Assembly (NCBI RefSeq): GCF_003918875.1
Contig: NW_025767302.1
Span: 744,001-808,000, forward strand
Length of the DNA stretch: 64,000 nucleotides
Direction: 5' to 3'
Origin: Haliotis rubra
Taxonomy: Eukaryota
Shown here in pieces: positions 13,122 through 25,749 of the stretch. The position numbers and the translations under genes were made by a program. The notes under the pieces are model-generated. The model made no database searches. It worked only from the letters and a program-made list of their open reading frames with translations, and was not told the origin of the DNA. How positions within the stretch are numbered: the stretch's first letter is position 1; each line of letters starts with the position of its first letter.

Positions 13122-13379
13122 GTGAGGGAGTTTTGTTCTGGAGCTACTGTGGGCAGTATTTCAGTTATGTTATGGCATGTCAGTTTGATGCGTCACGAAA
13201 GCCCTAGTTAAGGTCTCCGGTGTGTTCCTAGTTAACGTCACGATTATGGGTTTGGTGCGGACAAACTTAGAAACATGCTCGGGATTCGAACCCACTCATC
13301 AGGTTTCTGGCGTGTCCAGGGAGGCAACTCTTCACAGCGCCTTAGGCCAATGAGCCATCCGTGCTACCACGGGCAATGG

Positions 13380-13845
13380 ATGTGGTATTACGTGGCCGAT
13401 TCTAAAACAGGTGAACCGTAATGAACGTCTACGCTGTGCACAATTACACCTGCAGATGGCTGAAGTTTCTCCAAAATGCGGGTATTGGTGTCATGGAGTG
13501 GCGATTGAGATCACCTGACCTTAGACTCATCCAACACGTATGGGATGCTCTAGGAAGAAGTCTTCGTGCCTTGAGACGTCAACTCTAGAACGTTTAAGAG
13601 CTGCGCACCATGTTGGTACAGCAATGGCGCAGGTTGCTCACTGCTATGATTACACAATGCCATTTAGAAAGTGGTCAAATGTAACATATGTTATTTGGGA
13701 TTACACTTTCTTAGTACAGTACAGATTCTAGTTCATGGTTCTAGTTCTAGTACAATGCTATGTTGATGGATGTTAGGCAGTCAGTGACACAATGTTGCCC
13801 TGCTGCTGTGATGCAAGAAGGGAGCGTACACGGTACTGAACCAGC
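13380..13845 (+). mobile_element. Highly degenerate Tc1 transposase 3' remnant
   Basis: SPDL..IQHVWD-like segment near 13510-13547 and terminal CGTACACGGTACTGA (..RTRY*). Confidence 0.55.
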
Positions 13846-14080
13846 TCCAACATAGATGGCTAGTCGATGTGCTGTTGAATGTGAAGGGTGCAAAACACAT
13901 CTTAATGTCTTATCCTGTTTTAGTGTACGCTCATTACCTCCTTAAACCACATTTATCCACCAGCAACACACTTTGTTCTCTATGGGTATGTTTGGTACAT
14001 AACGCTACACATGTGAAGTTTCTTTTTTGTTTAGTGTATGCTCAGCAACGTTTGACACCTAATTTACTTCATTCCTCTAT

Positions 14081-14279
14081 ACGTAAGAGGCGACTAACGG
14101 GATCGGATGGTCAGGCTCGCTGACTTGGTTGACACATGTCATCGTATCCAAATTGCGTAGATCGATGCTCATGCTATTGATCACTGGATTGTCTGGTCCA
14201 GACTCAAATATTTACAGACTGCTGCCATATAGCTGGAATATTGCTGAATGCAGCGTAAAGCTAAACTCACTCACTCATT
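14081..14279 (+). mobile_element. SINE-like element, family B (5'-truncated)
   Basis: Family B body; flanking duplication CATTCCTCTATA. Confidence 0.85.
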
Positions 14280-14764
14280 CCTCTATATGGTAAGCATGTG
14301 CGATGCCATACTAAGGGTTACAGCAGCTCTCGTCCAGTTTTATAAGAGCTCCGTCACTGCGGCACTCTGAAAACATGCTTCTTTTTACCATTGGGAACCT
14401 TAAACTATATCGGTATGTTTGTCAGCTGGTTGTTGCCCGAAGAATGATAGTATCCCGTATCACTGTAAACTTGACAACATCAACACTAATACTAGTTTTC
14501 ACACACATCAATACGAGATGATAACATTTATTCACATGGGTAAAACCCTTGCAACATGTCGCAACTGTCTGTCTCCTTTAGAGGACCTTTAGAACTAATC
14601 CGCGCACAAATATTTTCTATCTTCGATCTAAGGATGAGAAGAAGAGTCTCCATGGTCTAGCGGATAGAGCGTCTGTCAGGAGAAGGGGTTCGATCCTGCC
14701 AAAAATCGGAATCAGTATATGAGTATTTTCTGTGTAGGGTATCCATGCTTAACTGCAGTATAGG

Positions 14765-15810
14765 ATATGTCAGAGCTGTTGCACTACCATCCGGCGTCAG
14801 TCAGTGGAACCAGCCACCCACACGTACATGCATGTCAGAGGGGTTGCATTGCCATCGAGCACCAGTCTAGTGCAACCAGCCACCCACACGCACATGCATG
14901 TCAGAGGGGTTTCACTGCCATCGGGCACCAGTCTAGTGCAACCAGCCACCCACACGTACATGTCTGCCAGAGAGGTTGCACTACCATCGGGCACCAGTCT
15001 AGTAAAATCAGCCACCCACACGCACATGCATGTCAGAGGCTTTGCACTGCCATCGGACACCAGTCTAGTGCAACCAGCCACGCACATGCATGTCAGAGGG
15101 GTTTCACTGCCATCGGACACCAGTCTAGTGCAACCAGCCACCCACACGCACATGCCTGCCAGAGGGGTTGCACTGCCTTCCGGCATCAGTCTAGTGCAAC
15201 CAGCCACCCACACGCACATGCATGGTATGGTGAGGGGTTGCACTACCATAGGGCATCAGTCTAGTGCAACCAGCCACCCACACGCACATGCCTGCCAGAG
15301 GGGTTGCACTGCCATCCGGCATCAGTCTAGTGCAACCAGCCTCCCACACGCACATGCATGGTATGGTGAGGGGTTTCACTACCATAGGGCACCAGTCTAG
15401 TGCAACCAGCCACCCACACGCACATGCATGCCAGAGGGGTTGCACTGCCATCGGGCATCAGTCTAGTGCAACCAGCCACCCACACGCATGGTATGGTGAG
15501 GGGTTGCACTACCATAGGGCATCAGTCTAGTGCAACCAGCCACCCACACGCACATGCATGCCAGAGGGGTTGCACTGCCATCGGGCATCAGTCTAGTGCA
15601 ACCAGCCACCCACACGCATGGTATGGTGAGGGGTTGCACTGCCATCGGGCATCAGTCTAGTGCAACCAGCCACCCACACGCATGGTATGGTGAGGGGTTG
15701 CACTACCATAGGGCATCAGTCTAGTGCAACCAGCCACCTACACGCACATGCATGCCAGAGGGGTTGCACTGCCATGGGACATCAGTCTATAACAACCAGC
15801 AACCCACAGA
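14765..15810. repeat. ~63-72-bp minisatellite (CAGTCTAGTGCAACCAGCCACCCACACGCACATGCATG..)
   Basis: About 16 tandem copies with alternating variants; produces the repetitive ORFs in the track. Confidence 0.9.
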
Positions 15811-16467
15811 TCACTTATGTAACAGATATAAAACTTACACCGTGTAGAAATCAAAGGGGACATATGGGGTGGGGCGGGGGTGGGGGTTAGTCCAAATTGT
15901 GAGTATTGGCTGGCATCGAATGCAGCCCATGCAAGTCTAGAATGTGTGGCAAAGTCTCTGGGCTCCTTTTTATTGTATTTATGATTTTAATTTTAAAAAC
16001 TTTTATTTTCTGTTAAATATGTTAATTTCAGAGACTAGCTGTTAGTCTACCGAAATGGTAGATACTTTCCGTGAACAACTGGTGTCATCACAGATTTTCA
16101 AAGATTCATTTATATGCTTGTCCCCCTGATTTGCCTCTTGTGAAATGTTTCCGTTGGGATAATCCAGACTGGTTACTCTCTCGCGTTCACGTTATATATT
16201 AGGTATGTAAACATAAAGCAATACGATATTCATACATCACAATAGTAGGTATTGTATTTTAAAGTCGCGTTCACATAGAATCTTCCAATACAGATACGTT
16301 ATGAAGTATCAGAAACCAAACCGAAGAAAGCTGATGCATGCCAGAACATCCCATTCTGAAAGTAACAGAAGGGACGCCTGTTGGGACTGTTTGATGAATT
16401 TAACATAGCAAAATATTTCACATAAATAAATATATAGTATATCTACATACAATGTGTGTCTGCCCGG

Positions 16468-16623
16468 NNNNNNNNNNNNNNNNNNNNNNNNNNNNNNNNN
16501 NNNNNNNNNNNNNNNNNNNNNNNNNNNNNNNNNNNNNNNNNNNNNNNNNNNNNNNNNNNNNNNNNNNNNNNNNNNNNNNNNNNNNNNNNNNNNNNNNNNN
16601 NNNNNNNNNNNNNNNNNNNNNNN
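16468..16623. other. Assembly gap (N run)
   Basis: Run of n. Confidence 1.
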
Positions 16624-16886
16624 GTATATATATGAGAGTGCTATTGTTATTGTGACATGTTACGCAACCTACTGTCTTATCTGAAAATCCACTTCTACAA
16701 CTATAAGTTAAAGACATCCTGATTCTGACTACAGTCAGTGGGTCACGGATTGTGAGTATTGCAACACCTTCCACTTATGGTGTTCTGTAACTCGTTTGGA
16801 GTAGTATTTATGAATAAACAAAACATCGTCAGTTAGGAATCGGCACATCTGCTAGTTAACCAATACCATCAACATCTCACAATCTC

Positions 16887-19800
16887 TCATAGCAAGGCTA
16901 GGGCGTTTGAGAACGTCATTAGCTCCTTCAGCGATTTCAGTTTCATGTTTCTCTCAAGGTAGCTGTAGTAGAACTCCGGCGCCTGAAACATAGAACTGAA
17001 CCTAAAACACCTGGCCAAATTTGCAAACTTTGTACGGTAATTTATCTACCCATCATAAAACACTGCTTTTCTTTAGATGTATTGTTCGCCCGTTGCCTTT
17101 GCACCAGCTTGAACTTTATCGGTCCCTCGTCGATATCCTTTGTTCTCTTAGGTCGTATATACCCATCCTTCAAACCACTCCACAACCGTACATACCCACC
17201 TTGTAAACCACTCCACACTCGTATATACCCACCTTGTAAACCGTTCCACACCCGTATACACCCACTTTGTCCATCCAACCTACACCTGCAAATAACCACC
17301 TTGTAAACCACTTCACACCCGTATACACCCACCTTGTAAACCACTCCACTACCGTACATACCCACTTTGTCCATCCACCCTACACCCGTATATACCCACC
17401 TTGTAAACCACTCCACTACCGTACATACCCACTTTGTCCATCCACCCTTCACCTGTATACACCCACCTTGTAAACCACTCCATAAGCGTACATACCCACT
17501 TTGTCCATCCACCCTTCACCCACCTTGTTCATTTACCCCACAACCGTATATACCACATCTTGTCAATCCTCCCTACTCCCGTATGTACACCCTATCATAT
17601 GTACCACGCCTTCCTGGTCGACCCCACTGCCTGTGTATACCTACCTTGTTCAACAGATGCTGGAGGAACATCAACTCCTCGCCGGTCAGGGTCCTCAAAG
17701 AAGAACATCTGTGGTCATGAAAGAGATGATTAGGTTCAGATTCTCTGTTACACAAGCGGGATATTCTGTATTATCCTGAATAAGACTCCATTGTTAGTGA
17801 TCTGCGTTGGATCAACTGGAGAAGCGTAGGTTGAACGGTGGGATGATAAACATAAAGTTGACTGTCTTGATATCAAATATTAGGGGCGGATCCAGGATGT
17901 TGGAGAAGAGGTGTGCACAGAAATTATGAAGTCCAAAGGTTAGGGGGAAATGCTCCTCAGGGTATATTTTTTGGGGGAGGAGGGGATGGGTTGTGATTAG
18001 TGTGGGTGGGTGGGTGCGCGCACCACTGCAACCCCCCCTTGGATCTCCCCCTGAATATAGACAATGTTTCCAGAAAACTGTTCCTGAAAAAACGTAATAG
18101 CTGAAAACAATTCTACGCTTTGTTTCAATTTTACAAGGCATGTAGCAGGATTGTACGTTTAGATACAGGAGAATTCAGTAAAATGTTCGGTAAATGTATA
18201 GTACGACCAGAAATTATTGAGAATTTTAGGAATATGTTTAATTGGATTTCTAACAACCTTGACCAGCTATCAAGTGCTTTTCTCAGATGCAAGTTCTGTG
18301 TGGCTGTTTCCTAATACACTGAAATTCTGGACCAAACAAACTAGAAAACCTTTGTATCAGCGCCCAAAGTACAGTCCGAAATTTAACGTGTGGGGTGGCA
18401 TATCTGTGTTAGGGGCAACGCCCCTCTGTGTATCTGAAGGGAATATGAACAGTGAGCGGTACAAAGATATTCTCGAGGGGCATTTACTTCCATCTGCTCA
18501 CGTGTTCCATGGAAATTTTTGGATTTTCCAGCAGGACAACGACCCAAAACATCGTTCAAAGCATTCACAGGCCGGGTTTTGGACCCAAAATATGACATCA
18601 TTAGATCGGCCAAGCTATAGCCCTGACCTAAATCCAATAGAAAATGTTTGGGGACTTATGAAGGAAAGTGTCAATAAGAAAAATCTGACAAATATTGCTG
18701 AAATGAAAGAAGGGGTGGTCCGATATTGGAACAGCATGGACCACGACTTTCTAACTTCTTTGATCAGTAGTATTCCCCGCCGCATTGAAGCCTGCATTGC
18801 TGCCCATGGTGACTTGACAAAGTACTAACTGTTCACCTGTCTTTGAATCTGGAGTTACGTTCTGCTAATATTCACATTTAATACGTGAGTAATGAGTGAA
18901 AACAATTTTAAAAAATTACAATCTTTAAATTCTCAATAATTTCTGGTCATACTATACTGTATATGTTTCTTAGGAGTTCACTGTATGGCAGACAAGCAGA
19001 CGTAGCACCTCACTCTCAGGGGGAAAAGGGAGACATTGTCCACTTAGAAAGGGGTTAATATTATTGGGGATACTTAGATTACAATATATGTCATACTGTT
19101 CACACTGGTATGTGGTATGTATATATAGAAAGGACTGCGATACTTATAGCTAACTCGGGTGTATAAAAGCATCATTTTATCGACACAAGGTACATTCTAA
19201 AGTTTTAAATACGAGTCTCATAGATATCCTTCAACTTTGTGTTAAAGTTTTGCTTGGTGATAATCAGGTATAAATGTCTCCAACTCTAATTTGAGTTCTG
19301 TTATCGTCAAGATGATGTATTAAATGTTCAATTAAGAAAACTTTTTCATGGACAAAAGAGCCGTACAACGGATCTCCCAACACATCGTGGAGCCTATCTA
19401 AGGAAGTGTCGTATAATCACATGGCGTGCCCATCTCGAGGGGGCGAACTGTGTTGAAAAATATACCTAGCGCAATTACGATACCATTATTTGGCGTCACT
19501 AAAGACTTACTGGTACATGCCGATGTTTTTCAACCACTCAATGACATCTTTGTTGGTCCAACCAGGCACCCTGTCTCCTCCACCTCGAGCGGCGACTGTA
19601 CTGAGAGATTTGGGGGCCGCGTCTGTCACATCCAGCAGCTGAAACACACCGGTCGAAACAAGTAGCCAAGCAGTCACATGACCGAGCTGCTATATGTACT
19701 CTTAGGAGTCCGACAGTGACACCAGATAATTGCTGAACCAATCCACCCTACCATGAACCTATCCACCCCACAATGGCCCAATCCATTCCGCTCTCCCATG

Positions 19801-22800
19801 AACTCATCCACTATACCATGAACCCATCCACCCTACCATGAACATATTCATCCCACAATGGCCCAATCCATTCCGCTCTCATGAACTTATCCACTATACC
19901 ATGAACCTATACACTCTACCAGAAATCCATCCGCTCTACCATGAATCCATCCGTTCTACCATGAACCAATCCACGAACCCATCCCCTCTACCATAAACCC
20001 ATCCACGAACCAATCCACTCTACCATGAACCCATTTACTCTACCAATACCCCATCCATGAATCTCTACCAAGAACCAATTCTCTCTACCATAAACCCATC
20101 CGCTCTACCATAAACCCATCCACTCTGCCATGAACCAATCCACTCTACCAATACCCCATCCACTCTACCATAACAATAATAATAATTTAATAATAATTGA
20201 TTTATATTTCCAAAAGATATTGCTCAATGGCGCTATAAAGAGAAAAGATTGTAGACAATGTCAGTTTTGAAAGCGTCAGCAGATTCTATTTCTTTTAGGG
20301 AGAGTGGTAGAATGTTCCAGAGATAGGGGCTGCAGCAGAGAACGCCCTTGATCCCATGGCTGTTTTGACATGAGACTGTGTAAGCAGTAGGGAGTTTGAC
20401 GAGCGGAGCAGTCGGCTTGGAACATGGAGATGAATGAGGCTTTTAAGATATTGAGAAACATGTTTTCATAGATGCAGCTGTGTGTAAGAAGAAGAAGTTT
20501 GTATTGAATTCTGCTTGATACAGGAAGCCAGTGAAGAGTTTGGAGGATAGGTGTCACAGTTTGGGCGGCTGGAACAGGGCAGCGTGGTGCACGGGCAACA
20601 ACACGGGCGGCTGAATTCTGAATCCGTTGGAGTTGTGAAAGGAGCTGTTGAGGAATGTTGTAATAGAGGGAGTTGCAATTATCAAGTTTAGAGAGAACAA
20701 GGCTGGTCGTTAGAAGCTGGGCGGTGTTGAAGTCTAAGAGGGTTCGGATCTTGCTAATATTGAAGATATGGTAGAAGCATCCTTTGCTGAGTGATTTGAT
20801 TTGATTTTCTAATGACATTGTTGATTGAAAGATGACACCATGATTTTTTGCAGAGTCGGACTGCGTGATAACATCTTGTCCAATTTCAAGAGATAAACTG
20901 TCAGGCACTTTGGAAAGTTGATGCCTGGATCCGATGGTCAAGAACTCAGTCTTTGTGTCATTAAATTTCAGAAAGTTCAAGGTCATCCAGTCTCTTATTT
21001 CAGCAATACATTGTTGTATGTTCAGTGCACAATCTTCAGCAAGGTTAGGCTCCGCTGACAGATATAACTGATTGTCATCAGCATAGATGAAATTTCAGTG
21101 AGTGCTTTCGGACAATGTCACCAATGGGAAGAATGTACAGACTAAACAGTAATGGTCCAAGGACAGATCCTTGAGGAACGCCATTAACATAAACCCATCC
21201 ATGAATCCATTCTTCACTCTACCATGAACTATAACTCTCTACCATCAGTATGAATCAACATACTCTCATACGAACCCATATCCTATAGCATGACTCCATA
21301 TCAACTAGTATGAATGCATCTGTTATAGAATGAATACGTCCACTCCAACATGGTCCTACCTCCTTTGGAAAAAACACACCCAACCAAGCATGAACCCACT
21401 CGTATTTACAGTGAATGGATTAATAAAGCTGTGCTTAACTCTACCTTCTCCTCCTCCTCTGTTATTCTGCCATTTTGGCCAAGTTCTCTCACAAGTTCGT
21501 TCAGCTTGGCGCCAAAGTCTTTTCCAGGACTCATGTCAAAATACAGCTTGGTTCCCAGAATGATCCCCAGCCAGCTAGTTGGTTGGTATGCCCCCTGTAG
21601 CAGCACAGGCACCATCGTCTTCTTCAGCTTGTACGTGTACTCGGCCTCTGTGACAGCCAGTGTAGAATCAGGACTTGGTGGTCCCAATATTACGTGGTCA
21701 TTAATTCTTTGTTACTTGGTTTAAAACCAAATTAAGCATGAATTTGTCGCCGTGAATATCGTAAACATAACCGATTTCGTTGTGCTTGTTTGTAACATTC
21801 TCCACTATACCACAAAAGAAACGTCGCCTTTCAAAACCAAATGCAAAATTTTGTTCTTACAAGGTGGTGTTTTTATTATGATTGTACCGTTTTGTTAACA
21901 TGTTTTTCAATCCAAATTGACAGTTATTACCAATCCAAATTGACATCAACATGTGTTTTCTGATGAAAAAGCATATCGACCAAACGCGCCGAAAAAGGCA
22001 GACATGGTAAAAGGTTCCGTATGACATTCGTGAAAATGAAAATGCACGTGCATGTCGTGACAACCCTACCAATGAAAGCGAGTCCCAAACCCGCCTGAAA
22101 TCATTTTGATTTTGACACAATCACCATGCCACGACTTACGAGAGATCAGAGGAACCAAGTCTTGGGACGAATGCGAGTTGTCCAGACTGCACCGAGGGTA
22201 GCCAATCATTTCAATGTTCATGTTAGGACAATCTACCGACTGCAGGAGTTGTATCAGGTCAGTAACAGCATCCAAGACCGTCCACGCAGTGGGCGACCTT
22301 CAGTAACATCACAACGTCAAGACCGACAGATTGTGCGCCACCATCTGCAGGATCGCTTCCCCAGAGCGACGGAAACAGCACGCCAGACCATTGGGACTCA
22401 CAACAGACCCATCAGTGCCGATACAGTGCGTCGACGTTTGCGCGGAAGAAACCTCTGCTGTCACAGACCATATCGTAGTCCTGTCCTCACCGCTCATCAC
22501 CGCCAAAACCGACTGCAATGGGCAACTCAGCATCGAAATTGGCGTTATCGACAATGGAGAACTGTGCTTTTATCTCATGAAAGCCGATATTGTGTTTCGA
22601 CAGTCGATGGCAGAGTGAGAGTATGGTGAAGGCGTGGGGAACTGTTTTCCAATGAGTGTATTGTTGAAAGAGACTCGTGGGGTGGTCCAAGCATCATAGT
22701 GTGGGGTGCAATCGGTCTGAACCAGTTAGTTGACACCGTGGTGTTCCAGAATCTTGGTCCAGGATGAGGAAATGACGTGACAGCTGCTCGCTATATTGAC

Positions 22801-25717
22801 CAAGTCATAAGACCCCACATTGTACCACATTTTGGACGTTACAGAAATCACATCTTCCAGCAAGACAACGCTCGTACCCACAGTGGCAGAGCAAGATTGG
22901 ACTTCCTGAGACAACATGCATCCAAACCCTACAATAGCCTGCACTCAGTCGGATTTAAGTCCAATAGAACACCTTTGGGACGAGATTCAAAGAAGACTGA
23001 ATGACCTCCAACCAAGGCCGACAACTGCGGCTGGACTCGATCAGGCATTTCGCAGAGTATGGACCCAAGTGCCTATGGCCTTCATCAACCGGCTAATTCA
23101 TTCCATGTACAGACGATGCAACGCTTTCATCGATGCCCATGGAGGCCATACACAATACTGACTTTGGGGTATCTTAATGGTACCATTTTTGGTGATTTTG
23201 TTTGTGTGAACTCTAAATGTGATTCCCGAAAATGTGTTAACCATAATTGTCAAGTTTGAACTCAATCCTCCGTTTTGATTGTTAATTAGAGTGAATTAAA
23301 GTGTGTGCTTTAAGAAACCGCTATCGGTGCGACATTTCTTTTGTGGTTCAGTATAAGCGCGAACAAAATTTCATTTTAAGGAAGGTCACAGAAGATGAGA
23401 CTTGGATCCATCACTGTGACCCCGCGAGAAAAGAAGAATTCAAGGAGTAGAAGCAACGCGGGACTAAAAAGGACAGAAGTTAAAAATCCAGATTTACTAA
23501 AATGTTATGGCCAGGTGTTCTTGGGGCCGCTTGCTCAAAGGCAACGATTATATACATGAGAAACAACTATGAGTAATAAATAATACTCAAAGAGTCATTG
23601 AAATGATTGCGCGAGTCTTCAAAGAGAAGCGTGCGTCAAACTTCGACGTTGTGCTCTCCACTGTGATTAATTCCTCAGGTCACACTTGTCACATTGCGAT
23701 GGCTGCTTTTAGGGACGGCGGTGGGGTTACCCAATGGTTAAAGCGTTCGCTCGTCACGTTGAAGACACTGCTCGGGATTGTTGGTAAATACTTAAACTTC
23801 AAGATAATATTTTAATTTTATGCATGTTTTAACCTTTCTGGTATTGTAATATGACCCAGTCAACAACCAAACATGCACACTAGACCTAGTACCCAGACAG
23901 ACGGAGTTCCAAACAAAATGGAGTGCTGGTCAGATAACCGCTTGTCTCAGACATGACTGGACGGCTGTTTGCAGCATTCACACGAGTAAATGGGTTTAGG
24001 ACATTTGTCATGAGACTGGAGATATCCTTCACTTGGTGGCTGAGGATGTGATTAGACGTGGGGAATAACGTTGTTTGAAAATTCTCGAAAGTCGTATCCT
24101 ATAATATTTATACACATGTGAGTGATGATGTGACACACCTCTATCACGGTCTTTTGGTTGTACCAGGAGTAACTCAACATCACGTGGCCCGATTTGGGTT
24201 GTTTTGAGATCATCGACAATCCTGATTGTCTGCGCTTTAAATCTGAAATGTAACAGAAACGTCATAAGCATGTAGTCACTTCGAATACACTACTCATTAC
24301 AAACCTAAAGCATACTTTGTTTTGATGAATCATGTTCTGGTTAGTCTTAAGAGAAACAGTTGTCCTAGCATTGAGAGTCTATCAAATCTTGTCAAAGGTA
24401 ATGTCCAAGTTATATGGAAAGCATTTACTCAGGGTTACAACGTTCAAAACTTAAGTACAGCTTTCAAATAGTTTAGACCAATAGACATAGCGTGTCCTCA
24501 AGCTGCAACGTTGATGTTCCAAAGATGAACATCACTTACTGGATTCCGCAACTTTCTTGGTGGCCAGGCCCCACCGAGTGAACTCGGCAGCCTTGGCGAT
24601 TTGTGCGTTACCGGAGCTCAGCTTCTCCTTGAGTACATCCATGACACCTTCGTCAGCCTGCAGTATTATATCAATTTAATCATAATGAAAGAGAAAGTAG
24701 ACATTCGGCAGTATCTGAATGGTGATATTGCATGAATTCTCTTGAACGCCATATCTTTCAGCATGGAGTCCATGTAATGCTTATTTTACAGTTAGAAATG
24801 AAGTATACGATTTGACATGGCGAATGTGTCATGGCAGTAACCAAATTGTGGTCACATGGTGAATCCGGTCGAAATAAGGATTCTCCAATTGTTATTCAAA
24901 TGATTTGTGAAACTGAGGTTAACTGAGGGAGCCGGAGACACCAAAGTTTGTTTTATATTTTACATCTTCTATCATGTACGTATTGCCTCAGGCACTCTTC
25001 ATACACTGCGATAATTAAATCTTTTTGACATCCACAGGTAATAGGGTTCGATCATTTTTGGTTATATTTGTTGATACAATTATTACCTATTCGGTTATGT
25101 CCATAGCAACGTGCTACATTTTTGTGTAAGAGGAGACAGAGTGGTTTTCTTAAGAAACTGATAATAAATTTATTATATCAGTTTGATTTGATTATTTTTG
25201 TTCTAATGTACCATGACCATATTTTTCTCCATTAGTACCACACAGAGATATACTTACGTTGAGAATGCTTTTATTTTCGTCGTTAAAGGAGAGTTCCCTG
25301 ATACATCCTAGAGCCTCCTCCTGCTCAACCTCTGTTCCTCCTTTAAGGATAGTTTTCAGGGTTTTCAAAACTCCCTTTTCCATCAACAGTCGCTTGTTGT
25401 CGTCATTCTTGGCCAAGGCTGTCAGGCTGTTTAGAAGTTCCCTGGCGCTGAAGAAGGTGGTCCCTTGAACACAGCGGTGGTGGACGTCCTCCCACGCCTT
25501 CTTGATCATGTCGATGAGGAAGTCGAACACAGTGACGTCTGCTGAAAGGACTTTGTTCTTGGCCTCGTCCACGATGTGGGTTAAAACCAACAGGGTCGTG
25601 AGTTTCACCTCTGCCAAATATAAGTGAGTGAGTGAGTATGGTGTTTCATCGCTTTTAGCAATATTTTAGCAATATCACGGCGGGAGGACAGCCAAATATA
25701 AACTACACACACACACA

Positions 25718-25749
<32 letters not shown>

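Noticed and set aside
14767-15890. His/Cys-rich repetitive ORFs resembling a metal-binding protein
   Set aside because: Open in several frames and on both strands, frame broken by unit-length variation, no splice or signal context; minisatellite.
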